Assembly: GCA_965231045.1 (NCBI GenBank)
Contig: OZ246406.1
Span: forward strand, 706,208-770,207
Reading direction: 5' to 3'
Length of the DNA: 64,000 nucleotides
DNA from: an uncultured Candidatus Saccharibacteria bacterium
GTDB taxonomy: Bacteria > Patescibacteriota > Saccharimonadia > Saccharimonadales > JAGQNJ01
The notes below the pieces were generated by a model. It made no database searches. It was not told the origin of the DNA and worked only from the letters and a program-made list of their open reading frames with translations. Below are positions 52,201-62,106 of the stretch, piece by piece. Within the stretch, counting starts at the first letter, position 1, and each line of letters begins with the position of its first letter. The translations under genes and the position numbers were made by a program.

Positions 52201-54267
52201 ATGAATAACAATAATCAACAAAAGAAAGGCCCACAAAGAGGTGCTAATCGGCCGAGAAACAATCAGCCAAAGCAGCAGTCTTCTAATAATGGTAATGGTG
52301 GCCGAACAGTTTCGCGTAGCCAAGCCATTAGGGCTCAAAAGCGCGTGCTCGAAGATGCCAACCGAGTAGCCAATCAATATTTAGACGCTTCAGCAGTTAA
52401 AGTGGAAAAAACTGAGCGACGAGCAAACTTCATCGATGACTCACCACGATTAAAGGTGATTGGTCTTGGTGGTATGGACGCTGGTGGTTCTAAGAACATG
52501 ATTGTCTTGGAGTATGCCAACGATGCAATTGTAATTGATTGTGGTAACGACCTAAGTGTCGACCTGCCGGGTATTAACTATGGTATAGCTGATCCGACTT
52601 ACCTTGATTCAATTAAGCATAAACTTCGGGCATATGTAATTACTCATGGTCACTTAGATCATATTGGTGGTTTGCCACACATTGTACCTAAATATCCAGC
52701 ACCGATTTATGGTTCTAGATTTACGATTGGTATGGTTGAAAGGTTCTTTGAGAACTTTGGTCAGAACCAGCCAGATAGCTTTGAGTTGCAAACAGTAGTG
52801 ATGAATGAAACTACGCACGAAAAACTCAAAATTGGTAACTTCTTTGTGGAACTAGTTAGAATTACTCACTCGATTCCAGGATCAACAGTAGTTGTCGTTG
52901 ACACGCCTGTTGGCCGCGTGGTTTGTACGGGGGATTATCGTCTTGATCCAAATCCGCTTGATCACGAAAAAACTGACGAAGCCCGATTGAGGGAACTTGG
53001 CCAAGAAGGTGTTCTACTACTCATGAATGAATGTATGTGTTCAGAGCGTTTAGGCCGTACGCCAAGTGAGAGTACTATCGAACCAACCTTTATCGATTTG
53101 TTCGAAAAAGCCCCAGGGCGTGTATTTGTGGCGGTGTTCTCAAGTAACATTAACCGTATCCAAATGCTTGTAAACGCTGCTACTCAACATGGTCGTAAGA
53201 TTGCCATGGATGGGCGTAGCATGATGAGCACCCTAGAAGTGGCGGTTCGTTTAGGTATGATTAAGATTCCAAAGGGAACTTTTGTGCCAATTGCCCAAGT
53301 AGGCAACATGAAAGACGAAGAAGTTGTAGTAATCTGTACCGGTTCACAGGGTGAGCCTAGTTCAGCACTTCAAAGAATGGCAACTGGTGAACACAATCAT
53401 GTGAAACTAAAAGCCCAAGATACTGTAATTCTATCAAGTACTCCGATTCCAGAAAGCGGCAACGATAAGCTAATCTCTGAAATGGTTGATAGCCTAATGA
53501 AAATGGGCGTGCATGTTTTTCGTCATGTAACCCGTGACATTGATGGTTGTGGCCCGTTGCATGTTAGTGGTCACTGTTCTTTGGACGAATATATGGACAT
53601 GATTGACTTCGTAAAACCAAAGTTTGTTTTGCCAATTTATGGTTCATTCCGGGCTCAGAAGTACCACAACGAAGAGGCCATTAACCGTGGTTTCCCCCGA
53701 AAAAACATGGCATATATCGATAACGGAGATGTTTTCGAGTTTAGTAAAGACACCATGGAAATCACTGGTAAAGTACCGACTGGTACGTTACTAGTCGATT
53801 ACACTGGCTCGCCAGTAAGCAACATCGTCGTTAAAGATCGTGTAGTGCTTGCCGAAGAAGGGTTAGTGTCAATTGTCCTAACAATCGATAAAAAGACAGG
53901 GCAGTTGCTCACAAGCCCAGACATCATTACCCGTGGCTTCATATATATACGTGATTCTGAAGAACTCATGAATAATCTTCGAACTGAACTTCGCCGAGCT
54001 GTTAGTCAACGCTTTAAGCGGATCGATCTTGATCGTTTCAAACAAGAACTCAAAGATCACATAACTCACTTTTTGTATGAGCAAACACAACGTTCGCCAA
54101 TTATTATTCCGGTAGTGAATGTAATTGGTGGTGGGAAACAGACTAGTGAAAAACCTGCAAATGGTAATAGCCAAAATCGAACTCAAGAAGAAATTGCCAA
54201 AGAGCAACAGCAGCGCTTTGAACAAATGCGTCAGCGCCTACTTAACCAAGACGTCGCCAAAGACTAA
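52201..54267 (+). CDS. rnj: ribonuclease J with basic N-terminal extension
   Basis: Metallo-beta-lactamase HGHLDHIGG, beta-CASP region, and a ~85-aa N/Q/R-rich N-terminus. Confidence 0.93.
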   Translation: MNNNNQQKKGPQRGANRPRNNQPKQQSSNNGNGGRTVSRSQAIRAQKRVLEDANRVANQYLDASAVKVEKTERRANFIDDSPRLKVIGLGGMDAGGSKNMIVLEYANDAIVIDCGNDLSVDLPGINYGIADPTYLDSIKHKLRAYVITHGHLDHIGGLPHIVPKYPAPIYGSRFTIGMVERFFENFGQNQPDSFELQTVVMNETTHEKLKIGNFFVELVRITHSIPGSTVVVVDTPVGRVVCTGDYRLDPNPLDHEKTDEARLRELGQEGVLLLMNECMCSERLGRTPSESTIEPTFIDLFEKAPGRVFVAVFSSNINRIQMLVNAATQHGRKIAMDGRSMMSTLEVAVRLGMIKIPKGTFVPIAQVGNMKDEEVVVICTGSQGEPSSALQRMATGEHNHVKLKAQDTVILSSTPIPESGNDKLISEMVDSLMKMGVHVFRHVTRDIDGCGPLHVSGHCSLDEYMDMIDFVKPKFVLPIYGSFRAQKYHNEEAINRGFPRKNMAYIDNGDVFEFSKDTMEITGKVPTGTLLVDYTGSPVSNIVVKDRVVLAEEGLVSIVLTIDKKTGQLLTSPDIITRGFIYIRDSEELMNNLRTELRRAVSQRFKRIDLDRFKQELKDHITHFLYEQTQRSPIIIPVVNVIGGGKQTSEKPANGNSQNRTQEEIAKEQQQRFEQMRQRLLNQDVAKD

Positions 54268-54280
54268 CAGAGGTAAATTA

Positions 54281-54309
54281 TTGACAAGTGATGTAAAAAT
54301 TGCTATAAT
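54281..54309 (+). promoter_or_regulatory. consensus promoter of leaderless ORF 54316
   Basis: TTGACA (54281-54286), 17 nt, TGcTATAAT (-10 at 54304-54309). The ATG is 6 nt downstream. Confidence 0.65.
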
Positions 54310-54315
54310 ATTGTT

Positions 54316-54570
54316 ATGTCTCCAAAGAAAAGTCCAACAATTGAAGAACTCCGTGAAGCCTATGAGTCTGCTCGTGAAAGATGTGATATCTTTTTTGAAC
54401 AAGCCGAAAAGCCACTTGGCCCTGAAGATTCCGCTGAGCATCAATGGCTAAAAAATCTCACATTAGATGCTTTAGCAAAATTCTATGACGCTGGTGGCAA
54501 GCTTGGCCCTGTTGAGCCCCCAGACGAGCCCATAGGAATGTCTGTTGCAACAGATGACAAGATGATATAA
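54316..54570 (+). CDS. small acidic hypothetical protein
   Basis: 84-aa ORF placed exactly at the predicted TSS of a consensus promoter. Confidence 0.55.
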   Translation: MSPKKSPTIEELREAYESARERCDIFFEQAEKPLGPEDSAEHQWLKNLTLDALAKFYDAGGKLGPVEPPDEPIGMSVATDDKMI

Positions 54571-54583
54571 TCAGAAAGCAATT

Positions 54584-56800
54584 ATGGCAAAAAAGAAAAA
54601 ACAAACTAGAAAAAAGAATCAGCCCGAAAAGGAGCCATCAGTATTTTGGCCGCTAGCCGTAGCCATTATCATGGTACTTCTCGCAGCTTTTCTGTTGCTG
54701 GGTGGATTTGGTACCGGCGGTCCTTTGCCCAAAACTATGTTTCACGCTGCCTACTGGACTCTTGGATGGGCCGGCTACGCTGTCGCATTCGTGTTAGCAT
54801 TTTGGGGTATTCTTAAATACCTAAATGAAGATCGTAAGATACCATTTAATAAATTGGCCAGTGGTACAGCATTTTTGATTTTTCTAGCTTGCTGGTTACA
54901 CGTAGGTTTTGTCAGCAAGGATTCAGCAGGCGAATACATTGGGGGTCATGGTGGGCAGGTTGGCTCAGCAATTGGTGGTGCAACTTTAAATATTCTTGAT
55001 AAAATCCCAGCGGCAATAATGTTTTTTGTACTTGCCGGTTTAGCATTCTTCTTCCTGGCAGAGATATCACCTAAGGTGCTAATGAAGATTCTAGAGATGT
55101 TTAAGCGTGATAAGGAAGACACTGATCTTATTGATCTAAAGAAACAGGCTCCAGAGCACAGTTTTCAACTTAATGAAGGTGTGCCGGTTGAACATAAACA
55201 TGGTGCAGCCCAACTTTCTACACTTAAGAACACTGCTCAAAAACTAACTCCTGCCGAAGACCACCAAGCTTTAACGGCAGCCAGCGATCCATCGTGGCAA
55301 TTGCCAAGCGTCGACTTACTTAATCAGAAGCAAGACAAAGCTGATGCCGGTGATGTTGAAGGCAACGCCGAAATTATCAAGGAAAGTCTAGCTAACTTCA
55401 ATATTGATGTTGATATGGAAGGCGCCAATATTGGACCTCGCGTTACGCAGTTTACGCTCAAGCCTCAAACAGGTGTGAAATTGACCAAAATTACGGCACT
55501 CGAGAACAACTTAGCGCTTGATTTGGCAGCACATTCGATACGAATTGAAGCACCTATTCCTGGTAAACGAGCGGTTGGTATAGAAGTACCAAACATTAAA
55601 GCGGCGATGGTTCGCTTGAGTAGTATTTTGCAGTCATCAGAGTGGAAGGATGTTAATGGACCTCTTGGATTTACTATTGGTAAAGATATATCAGGCACAC
55701 CAATTGTGGCTGATTTGGCTAAAATGCCACACTTGCTGGTAGCCGGACAAACCGGCTCTGGTAAGTCGGTTATGATCAATGATATTCTTACTAGTCTTTT
55801 GTATCGCAATAGTCCGAGTGACCTTAAGCTTATTTTGGTTGATCCAAAACAAGTTGAACTTAAGCCATATGACGACATACCACATCTTCTTACGCCAGTT
55901 ATTACTGAACCAGAGAAGTGTATTAGTGCTCTTAAATGGACAGTTGCTGAGATGGAGCGTCGTTACCGAGCTCTAGCCGAAGTACACAAGCGTAATATTA
56001 GTGAATACAATAGCCTCAAAAAAGAAGAAGGTATGCCGTATATTGTGCTGGTTATTGATGAGCTTGCGGACCTTATGATGATGGCCGCCCGTGATGTCGA
56101 AGCCCTAATTGTGCGTATTGCCCAGAAGGCTCGTGCTGTTGGTATTCACTTAATACTGGCAACTCAGCGACCAAGTGTTGATGTTATTACTGGTTTGATT
56201 AAAGCCAACATTCCAGCACGTATTGCCTTTACAACTGCCAGCCAAGTCGATTCACGAACCATTATTGATCAAATGGGTGCCGAGAAACTTCTGGGTGCCG
56301 GCGATATGTTGCTCTTAACAGCCGAAATGCCCAAGCCAAAGCGTGTTCAGGCGGCTTTCATTGGTGATGATGAAACCAACAAAGTTACTGATTTTATTCG
56401 CATGCAACGAGCTCCACAATACGATGATGAAGTTGTTTCTCAGCCAGTTCAACTTAACGGTAAGGGCGGCGTTGTCGCAGATTACGGTGGCATGGATGCC
56501 GATGACGATATGTTTAGAGATGCCGTACAGGTCGTAGTTGAAGGCCGCAAGGCCAGCACTAGCTTATTACAGCGGCGTTTACGCATTGGTTATGCCCGAG
56601 CCGCTCGACTTATAGAAGCTATGGAAGAACAGGGGATCATTGGCCCAGCTGATGGCTCTCGCCCACGCGATGTATTGATAAACTCAGCAGACGAAGTCTT
56701 TAATCGTCATGAGGAACCAGCACAAGCGGAAACAGGCGATGTCTATGATGAAATCCCTACTGATGACGAAACCAACAAAGACGAATACCTAACCCAATAA
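54584..56800 (+). CDS. ftsK: DNA translocase FtsK/SpoIIIE
   Basis: N-terminal TM segments, Walker A GQTGSGKS, Walker B VLVIDELADLMM, and gamma domain SLLQRRLRIGYARAARLIEAMEEQGIIG. Confidence 0.95.
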   Translation: MAKKKKQTRKKNQPEKEPSVFWPLAVAIIMVLLAAFLLLGGFGTGGPLPKTMFHAAYWTLGWAGYAVAFVLAFWGILKYLNEDRKIPFNKLASGTAFLIFLACWLHVGFVSKDSAGEYIGGHGGQVGSAIGGATLNILDKIPAAIMFFVLAGLAFFFLAEISPKVLMKILEMFKRDKEDTDLIDLKKQAPEHSFQLNEGVPVEHKHGAAQLSTLKNTAQKLTPAEDHQALTAASDPSWQLPSVDLLNQKQDKADAGDVEGNAEIIKESLANFNIDVDMEGANIGPRVTQFTLKPQTGVKLTKITALENNLALDLAAHSIRIEAPIPGKRAVGIEVPNIKAAMVRLSSILQSSEWKDVNGPLGFTIGKDISGTPIVADLAKMPHLLVAGQTGSGKSVMINDILTSLLYRNSPSDLKLILVDPKQVELKPYDDIPHLLTPVITEPEKCISALKWTVAEMERRYRALAEVHKRNISEYNSLKKEEGMPYIVLVIDELADLMMMAARDVEALIVRIAQKARAVGIHLILATQRPSVDVITGLIKANIPARIAFTTASQVDSRTIIDQMGAEKLLGAGDMLLLTAEMPKPKRVQAAFIGDDETNKVTDFIRMQRAPQYDDEVVSQPVQLNGKGGVVADYGGMDADDDMFRDAVQVVVEGRKASTSLLQRRLRIGYARAARLIEAMEEQGIIGPADGSRPRDVLINSADEVFNRHEEPAQAETGDVYDEIPTDDETNKDEYLTQ

Positions 56801-56847
56801 CACATTATAGTTATGCTATAATTTCTTCTATACCATTTGGGGGAATT

Positions 56848-58419
56848 ATGGTGTTTAGTCACCAATTAAATAGAAAACAGAGAAGATTTAATAAGTCGAC
56901 TTTACGATACCGCTTATTATTGATTTTCCAAGCCCTTTTCTTGGTACCGCTTTTGGTTGTGATGACTCCGATGTCGGCGAAAGCCTATACTTCTACATAT
57001 GCTCCGTCATTTGTAACAAAATGGGGCACAGCAGGTAGTGGAAATAGTCAGTTTTCATACCCGACAGATGCAGCTATTGATAGCTCAGGCAATGTTTACG
57101 TTGTAGATGTGGATAATAATCGAGTAACCAAGTTTACTAGCGCCGGTACATACATAACTAAATGGGGATCTTTTGGATCGGGTAACAGCCAATTTTATTC
57201 GCCTCAGGGCATTGCTATAGATAATAGCGACAATGTTTACGTTGTTGATACATTTAACTATCGTATACAGAAGTTTGACTCCAACGGTAACTATTTAACA
57301 CAGTGGGGTAGTTTCGGATCTGCAGATGGACAGTTCGGTGCTATTTTAGGCGTAGATGTAGATACTAGTGGTAATGTATTTGTCACTGATGATGGCAACA
57401 ATCGTGTATCAGAATTTACCAACACAGGAACTTTCATAAGGAAATGGGGTAGTACTGGTGCGGGGAACGGGCAGTTTAACTTCCCGTGGGGTGTAGTAAC
57501 TGACTCCAGTGGCAACGTTTATGTTAGCGATGCATCTAACAATAATGTCCAGAAGTTTAATTCTACAGGTATCTATGTTGCGACCATTGGCTCTAGTGGT
57601 TCTGGAAATGGCCAGCTTACTTATCCGGAGATGATTGCAATTGACAGTATTGGTAATCTTTACGTTACGGATGTTAGTAATAGTCGTATTGCAAAGTTTG
57701 ATACTAGCGGTAACTTTTTAGTTAATTGGGGTAGTGCAGGCACGGGTAATGGGCAATTCTCTGGCGATATGGGTATAGCAGCAAATAGTTCAGGTGATGT
57801 CTATGTAACGGATACTAATAATACTCGAGTACAGAAATTTAGCTATCCTGCAGTATCAAATACATTCACAAATCAGCCGATAAGTGGCGCTTCGGCAAAC
57901 ATCACTCTTGATACGCCTTGGTACACAGCTATTACTTGTGCTAATGCAGTTACCGAGGCTAGTCTTACCACCCAAGACAGCGGCAAGGCGTACCCACTTG
58001 GTCTAGTTAATTTTTGCCTAACAGTTCCAAGCGGTTCATCTATTCCTGTATCACTAACATTTGTTACCGATCTGACTACGAGTCAAGTTACAGCCCGTAA
58101 GTATAACTCTAATACTCATACATACAGTGATATTGCTGGCGCAACAATTACAGACACTACGGTCAGTGGTCAACATGCCTTAAAGCTTAGTTACACAGTT
58201 ACTGATGGTGGGTCGCTAGACATGGATGGTACGGCTAACGGTGCAATTGTTGATCCTGTTGGGTTAGCGATTGCCGACACATCCAGTGCAACATCTGCAC
58301 TGGCTTCAACAGGAGACAATACTCAGCTAATTTTTGTGGCTGCTGGGGTATTTTTGGCTACAGGCATTTCGATAGGGTTAATAAGTAGAAAAACACGACT
58401 GACAACAATATCTAGATGA
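56848..58419 (+). CDS. cell-surface NHL-repeat beta-propeller protein with LASTG sorting signal
   Basis: Signal peptide. Six repeats of the form G.GNGQF..P.G.A.DSSGNVYV.D..NNR.QKF. A DGGSLDMDGTANGAIVDPVG module. The C-terminus is LASTG (58300-58314), then a TM segment, then RKTR... Confidence 0.8.
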   Translation: MVFSHQLNRKQRRFNKSTLRYRLLLIFQALFLVPLLVVMTPMSAKAYTSTYAPSFVTKWGTAGSGNSQFSYPTDAAIDSSGNVYVVDVDNNRVTKFTSAGTYITKWGSFGSGNSQFYSPQGIAIDNSDNVYVVDTFNYRIQKFDSNGNYLTQWGSFGSADGQFGAILGVDVDTSGNVFVTDDGNNRVSEFTNTGTFIRKWGSTGAGNGQFNFPWGVVTDSSGNVYVSDASNNNVQKFNSTGIYVATIGSSGSGNGQLTYPEMIAIDSIGNLYVTDVSNSRIAKFDTSGNFLVNWGSAGTGNGQFSGDMGIAANSSGDVYVTDTNNTRVQKFSYPAVSNTFTNQPISGASANITLDTPWYTAITCANAVTEASLTTQDSGKAYPLGLVNFCLTVPSGSSIPVSLTFVTDLTTSQVTARKYNSNTHTYSDIAGATITDTTVSGQHALKLSYTVTDGGSLDMDGTANGAIVDPVGLAIADTSSATSALASTGDNTQLIFVAAGVFLATGISIGLISRKTRLTTISR

Positions 58420-58448
58420 TTGACTAACAGGGGTGTTTAAGGTATACT
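58420..58448 (+). promoter_or_regulatory. rpsF operon promoter with ~70-nt leader
   Basis: TTGACT (58420-58425), 17 nt, TATACT (58443-58448). The leader contains a GGCTGGTG/CACTGGCT pairing before SD AAAGGAG. Confidence 0.55.
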
Positions 58449-58521
58449 TGTGTAGTTATTAACTTTGGCTGGTGGCACTTTTGGCGCACTGGCTATAACC
58501 AGAGAAAGGAGTTCTCTTTAT

Positions 58522-58902
58522 ATGCAATACGAGATTGCAGTTTTATATCACCCTGACCTCGAGGTTGATTTAACCAAATCAGAGGCACGAGTGACAAAGA
58601 TCTTTACCGACAACGGCGGTAAGGTTGTAAAAACTGATAATTGGGGCAAGAAGAAATTAATGTACCCAATTGCAAAAAACGAGCACGCAGTGTATGTTTT
58701 TTATACAGTAGAAATACAACCTGAGAGCGTGGCAAAGGTTGAAAGCACATTAAATATTACAGATGAAGTCATTCGATATTTAATCGTTCGACTTGATCCA
58801 AAGGAACTTGCCAAAGCTGAGGCTGCAAAAGCCGAAAAAGCCGAGCGAGTTGCGAAAGCCAAAGAAAAAGACGAAGCTACTGAAGAAGAAAAAGAAGATT
58901 AA
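58522..58902 (+). CDS. rpsF: 30S ribosomal protein S6 with acidic C-terminal tail
   Basis: MQYEIAVLYHPDLE... and NWGKKKLMYPI. I chose ATG 58522 because of SD AAAGGAG. Confidence 0.93.
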   Translation: MQYEIAVLYHPDLEVDLTKSEARVTKIFTDNGGKVVKTDNWGKKKLMYPIAKNEHAVYVFYTVEIQPESVAKVESTLNITDEVIRYLIVRLDPKELAKAEAAKAEKAERVAKAKEKDEATEEEKED

Positions 58903-58925
58903 CAAAGCTATAGGAGGAACACGAT

Positions 58926-59411
58926 ATGGCACGAAGCATTAACCAAGTAATATTGATGGGTAATCTTACAAGAGACCCAGAACTTAGACAAACACCAAGT
59001 GGACAAAGCGTTGTGAGCTTTAGCTTGGCACTAAACCGAGCTTATAAAGACTCAAGCGGGGAATGGCAAGAAGCAACAGACTACATTGATGTTGTTGCCT
59101 GGGCAGCACTTGCGGAGCGCGTCGCTCAGTACTTAACAAAAGGCCGACGATGTTTAGTTGTTGGACGAATGCAATCCAGGTCTTGGGAGCAAGACGGCAA
59201 CAAGCGTAGCAAAGTTGAAGTATTGGCAAACGACGTAACATTCCTAGACAGCCGTGGTGGTGGTGAAGGTGGCGGCAATAGCGGAGGTGGCGAGTTTGAT
59301 CAAACACCTAGAGCCGAGAAGCCAAAGCCAAGCAAAGATGCTAAGAAAGATGATGTTGTTATCGAAGACATCAGCGATGAACCAATTAACCTGGATGACA
59401 TTCCATTTTAA
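58926..59411 (+). CDS. ssb: single-stranded DNA-binding protein
   Basis: INQVILMGNLTRDPELR OB fold, a Gly-rich linker and the C-terminal DDIPF tip. Confidence 0.95.
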   Translation: MARSINQVILMGNLTRDPELRQTPSGQSVVSFSLALNRAYKDSSGEWQEATDYIDVVAWAALAERVAQYLTKGRRCLVVGRMQSRSWEQDGNKRSKVEVLANDVTFLDSRGGGEGGGNSGGGEFDQTPRAEKPKPSKDAKKDDVVIEDISDEPINLDDIPF

Positions 59412-59421
59412 GGATAAAGAA

Positions 59422-59646
59422 ATGCCAAAATATTTTGTTGACTCAGAATCGAGCATAGAAGAATTATTTGATCGCGAAAGTGATGCACTAAACCGTGCTG
59501 GATTTCACCAGCCAAAATTTGCTGAACAACCCGAAGATTATATTTCAGCAAGGGTGGATGAAGAAGCTACGTCTGTCGAGCTGCCTTCACCAATAGATGA
59601 GGCGGCAAAATTAGGCGTGGATGTTGAAAAATATCTTGAAGGATAA
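59422..59646 (+). CDS. small acidic hypothetical protein inserted between ssb and rpsR
   Basis: ATG 59422, 74 aa (MPKYFVDSESSIEELFDRE...). The track lists a longer frame from 59254 that overlaps ssb. Confidence 0.45.
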   Translation: MPKYFVDSESSIEELFDRESDALNRAGFHQPKFAEQPEDYISARVDEEATSVELPSPIDEAAKLGVDVEKYLEG

Positions 59647-59661
59647 ATAAGGAGAATAAAA

Positions 59662-59865
59662 GTGGCAAAGATTTTTAGACGAAAAGAAGAAGTACCATAT
59701 TTTGACTACAAGGATTTCAAAACCTTGCAACGATACGTCAACGTATATGGTCAAATTGAGTCTCGCAAGAAAACAGGGCTGACTGAAAGTCAGCAACGTC
59801 AACTTGCACGAGCAATTAAACGAGCTCGTCACCTTGCTCTATTACCATTCGTAGCAAATAACTAA
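59662..59865 (+). CDS. rpsR: 30S ribosomal protein S18
   Basis: FDYKDFKTLQRYVNVYGQIESRKKTGLTESQQRQLARAIKRARHLALLPF. GTG start with SD AAGGAG. Confidence 0.93.
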   Translation: MAKIFRRKEEVPYFDYKDFKTLQRYVNVYGQIESRKKTGLTESQQRQLARAIKRARHLALLPFVANN

Positions 59866-59873
59866 GGAGTCAT

Positions 59874-60293
59874 ATGCAAAAAATACTGGTAGCCATGGCT
59901 GTGATTAAGCAAGGCGACTTGTATCACTTGCAACTCCGTAACCACAAAACATCATCGGGTGTATCCAACATGATTGGATGTTTTGGGGGACGAATCGAAG
60001 AAGACGAGACGCCTTTAAGCGCTGTTTGTCGAGAAGTTTCTGAGGAAACTTCGTTAAAACCAAAAACTGAAGATTTTACATTTCGCGGTGAAGTGAATGT
60101 TAAATCTGAATATCATGGCGACCTAGTTGTTATGAATGGATTTATATATTCTCTAGAGATCCATTCAGAAGACAAAATCGTGTCAAAAGAAGGTGAGCTG
60201 GTCAGTCTAAATATTACTGAGGCGGCTGAGTGTATAACTAACATGACACCGGGAACCCGAGCAGCATTTAAACAATATATTTTGGAGATATAG
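59874..60293 (+). CDS. Nudix hydrolase
   Basis: Nudix box GGRIEEDETPLSAVCREVSEETSL. SD AAGGAG. Confidence 0.8.
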   Translation: MQKILVAMAVIKQGDLYHLQLRNHKTSSGVSNMIGCFGGRIEEDETPLSAVCREVSEETSLKPKTEDFTFRGEVNVKSEYHGDLVVMNGFIYSLEIHSEDKIVSKEGELVSLNITEAAECITNMTPGTRAAFKQYILEI

Positions 60294-60295
60294 AC

Positions 60296-60532
60296 ATGTC
60301 AGAAATGGATGGTGAATTAGACCCTAGAACAATGAGTGATCTTCATATAGAAGAACAGCTTTCAGAGTATGAACGTAAAAGAGCTAAAAGTGCCGAAGCG
60401 GCTGTAGGCTCAGCAACACTCTCAGGCATAAGTGAGAGGCACAACCCGGTTTATATAAGGGCTAACGTTCGATGGTTTGATGATGATCCAAATAAATATT
60501 TAGGAGGTAATAATGGCATTGGGAGTAACTGA
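60296..60532 (+). CDS. small hypothetical protein
   Basis: 78-aa ORF that overlaps the efp start. Confidence 0.5.
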   Translation: MSEMDGELDPRTMSDLHIEEQLSEYERKRAKSAEAAVGSATLSGISERHNPVYIRANVRWFDDDPNKYLGGNNGIGSN

Positions 60533-61079
60533 TCTTAAAAAAGGTGCTTTGTTTGTGTTGGACGGCACTCCATACAAAGTTGTTGAATACGGCCAAAAAG
60601 TCATGGGCCGTGGTGGTTCAATCGTTAACGTTAAAATCAAGAGCCTGATTGATGGCAAGGTTTTGGATAAAACTTTCAAAGGCAATGAATCTTTAGAACC
60701 TGCCGATGTAACCAACAAAACTGTCCAGTATTTGTACAATGATGGCTCAACATTTTACTTCATGGACGAGTCTACTTATGAGCAGTTTGAAGTTCCATCT
60801 GAGATGATTGGTGATCAAGCTGGTTATATGAAGGAAGGCGACAAAGTTGTTGCCCAATTTTTTAATGGCCAAGTTATTAACATTGAACTTTCCAAAAATG
60901 TTTATTTGAAAGTTACTTATGCTGAGGATGTAGTTAAGGGTGATACGACAAGCTCTGTACTAAAAGATGCGGAGCTAGAGACCGGGATTAAAGTCAAGGT
61001 TCCATCATTCATAAAACAGGGTGACGTCATAAGCGTTGATACTGAAACAGGGGCATACCGAGAACGAAAGAAAGATTAA
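60513..61079 (+). CDS. efp: elongation factor P
   Basis: DLKKGALFVLDGTPYKVVEYGQKVMGRGGSIVNVKIKSL, 188 aa. SD AGGAGG. Confidence 0.96.
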   Translation: MALGVTDLKKGALFVLDGTPYKVVEYGQKVMGRGGSIVNVKIKSLIDGKVLDKTFKGNESLEPADVTNKTVQYLYNDGSTFYFMDESTYEQFEVPSEMIGDQAGYMKEGDKVVAQFFNGQVINIELSKNVYLKVTYAEDVVKGDTTSSVLKDAELETGIKVKVPSFIKQGDVISVDTETGAYRERKKD

Positions 61080-61080
61080 C

Positions 61081-61380
61081 ATGAGTGCACTTGCTGTAGA
61101 TTTTCAGAAGTGGGATGAAGAACCTGATATATGTCCAGTAAGTGTTATTTACACCCAAGAGGGTTGGCAAATTGATCAACTACCCATGAATTATCAAAAT
61201 ATTCTTGGTTCAAGTCGTATTGATAGGAAAGCATATCTTGATCGGTGCCCTGAGTTGGAACATCTGATCCTTGAGCTTGGTGAGAGGGCTGCCACACATT
61301 TAATTGTTGATACGGCAATGTTTAAAACGGAGTATGAATTAATGCAATCAGATGGATGGTGGGGTTCTTATGAAGACTAG
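61081..61380 (+). CDS. hypothetical protein
   Basis: ATG 61081, 1 nt after the efp stop. 99 aa, acidic and Trp-rich. Confidence 0.5.
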   Translation: MSALAVDFQKWDEEPDICPVSVIYTQEGWQIDQLPMNYQNILGSSRIDRKAYLDRCPELEHLILELGERAATHLIVDTAMFKTEYELMQSDGWWGSYED

Positions 61381-62086
61381 ACTTGATCAATCTTTAGTGG
61401 AGCGAGGGCTCGTAGTAACCAGATCTCAAGCTGAAAGCTTTATCAAGATCGGTGAAGTTAAAGTTAATGGTGAAATTATCACTAAGCCTGGCTATTTTGT
61501 GAACGAAGATGCCATGCTGGAGTTAACTGCTATAGACAAATATGTTTCACGGGCCGGTCTAAAATTGGCCTCAATTGCCGAAACGTTCAAACTTGATTTT
61601 ACAAACAAAATTGTTTTGGATGTTGGTTCATCGACCGGCGGTTTTACGGATTTTGCTCTGCAGCACGGTGCTCAAAAAGTTATCGCCGTTGATGTCGGCA
61701 CTGATCAATTACACCCAAGCCTGCACGATAATCCTAAAATTGAATTACACGAGCAAACCGATATTAGAGACATGCACGAACTTGCTGGTAAACCAGACAT
61801 TGTAGTTATGGACGTATCTTTTATATCTCTAAGAGAAATCCTCCCGCACGTCTCGAAATTGTCAGGTCCCCAGACTCAAATTATCGCTATGTTAAAGCCT
61901 CAGTTTGAGGTCGGTAGCAACAAGAAACACAAGGGTGTTATTAAGAATGATCGAATGCGTCGTGATATCCTGAGAGATTTTGAGGACTGGAGCAGAACAC
62001 TTTTTGTAATCAAAAATAAGGCTGATAGCCAAGTTGCTGGTAGCAAAGGTAATGTTGAACGATTTTACTTGCTCCAAAACCTCTGA
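61370..62086 (+). CDS. tlyA: TlyA family rRNA (cytidine-2'-O)-methyltransferase
   Basis: S4 domain RLDQSLVERGLVVTRSQAESFIKIGEVKVNG. SAM motif LDVGSSTGGFTDFALQHGA. Confidence 0.88.
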   Translation: MKTRLDQSLVERGLVVTRSQAESFIKIGEVKVNGEIITKPGYFVNEDAMLELTAIDKYVSRAGLKLASIAETFKLDFTNKIVLDVGSSTGGFTDFALQHGAQKVIAVDVGTDQLHPSLHDNPKIELHEQTDIRDMHELAGKPDIVVMDVSFISLREILPHVSKLSGPQTQIIAMLKPQFEVGSNKKHKGVIKNDRMRRDILRDFEDWSRTLFVIKNKADSQVAGSKGNVERFYLLQNL

Positions 62087-62106
62087 TTATCTGTTAGACT
62101 CTAGAT

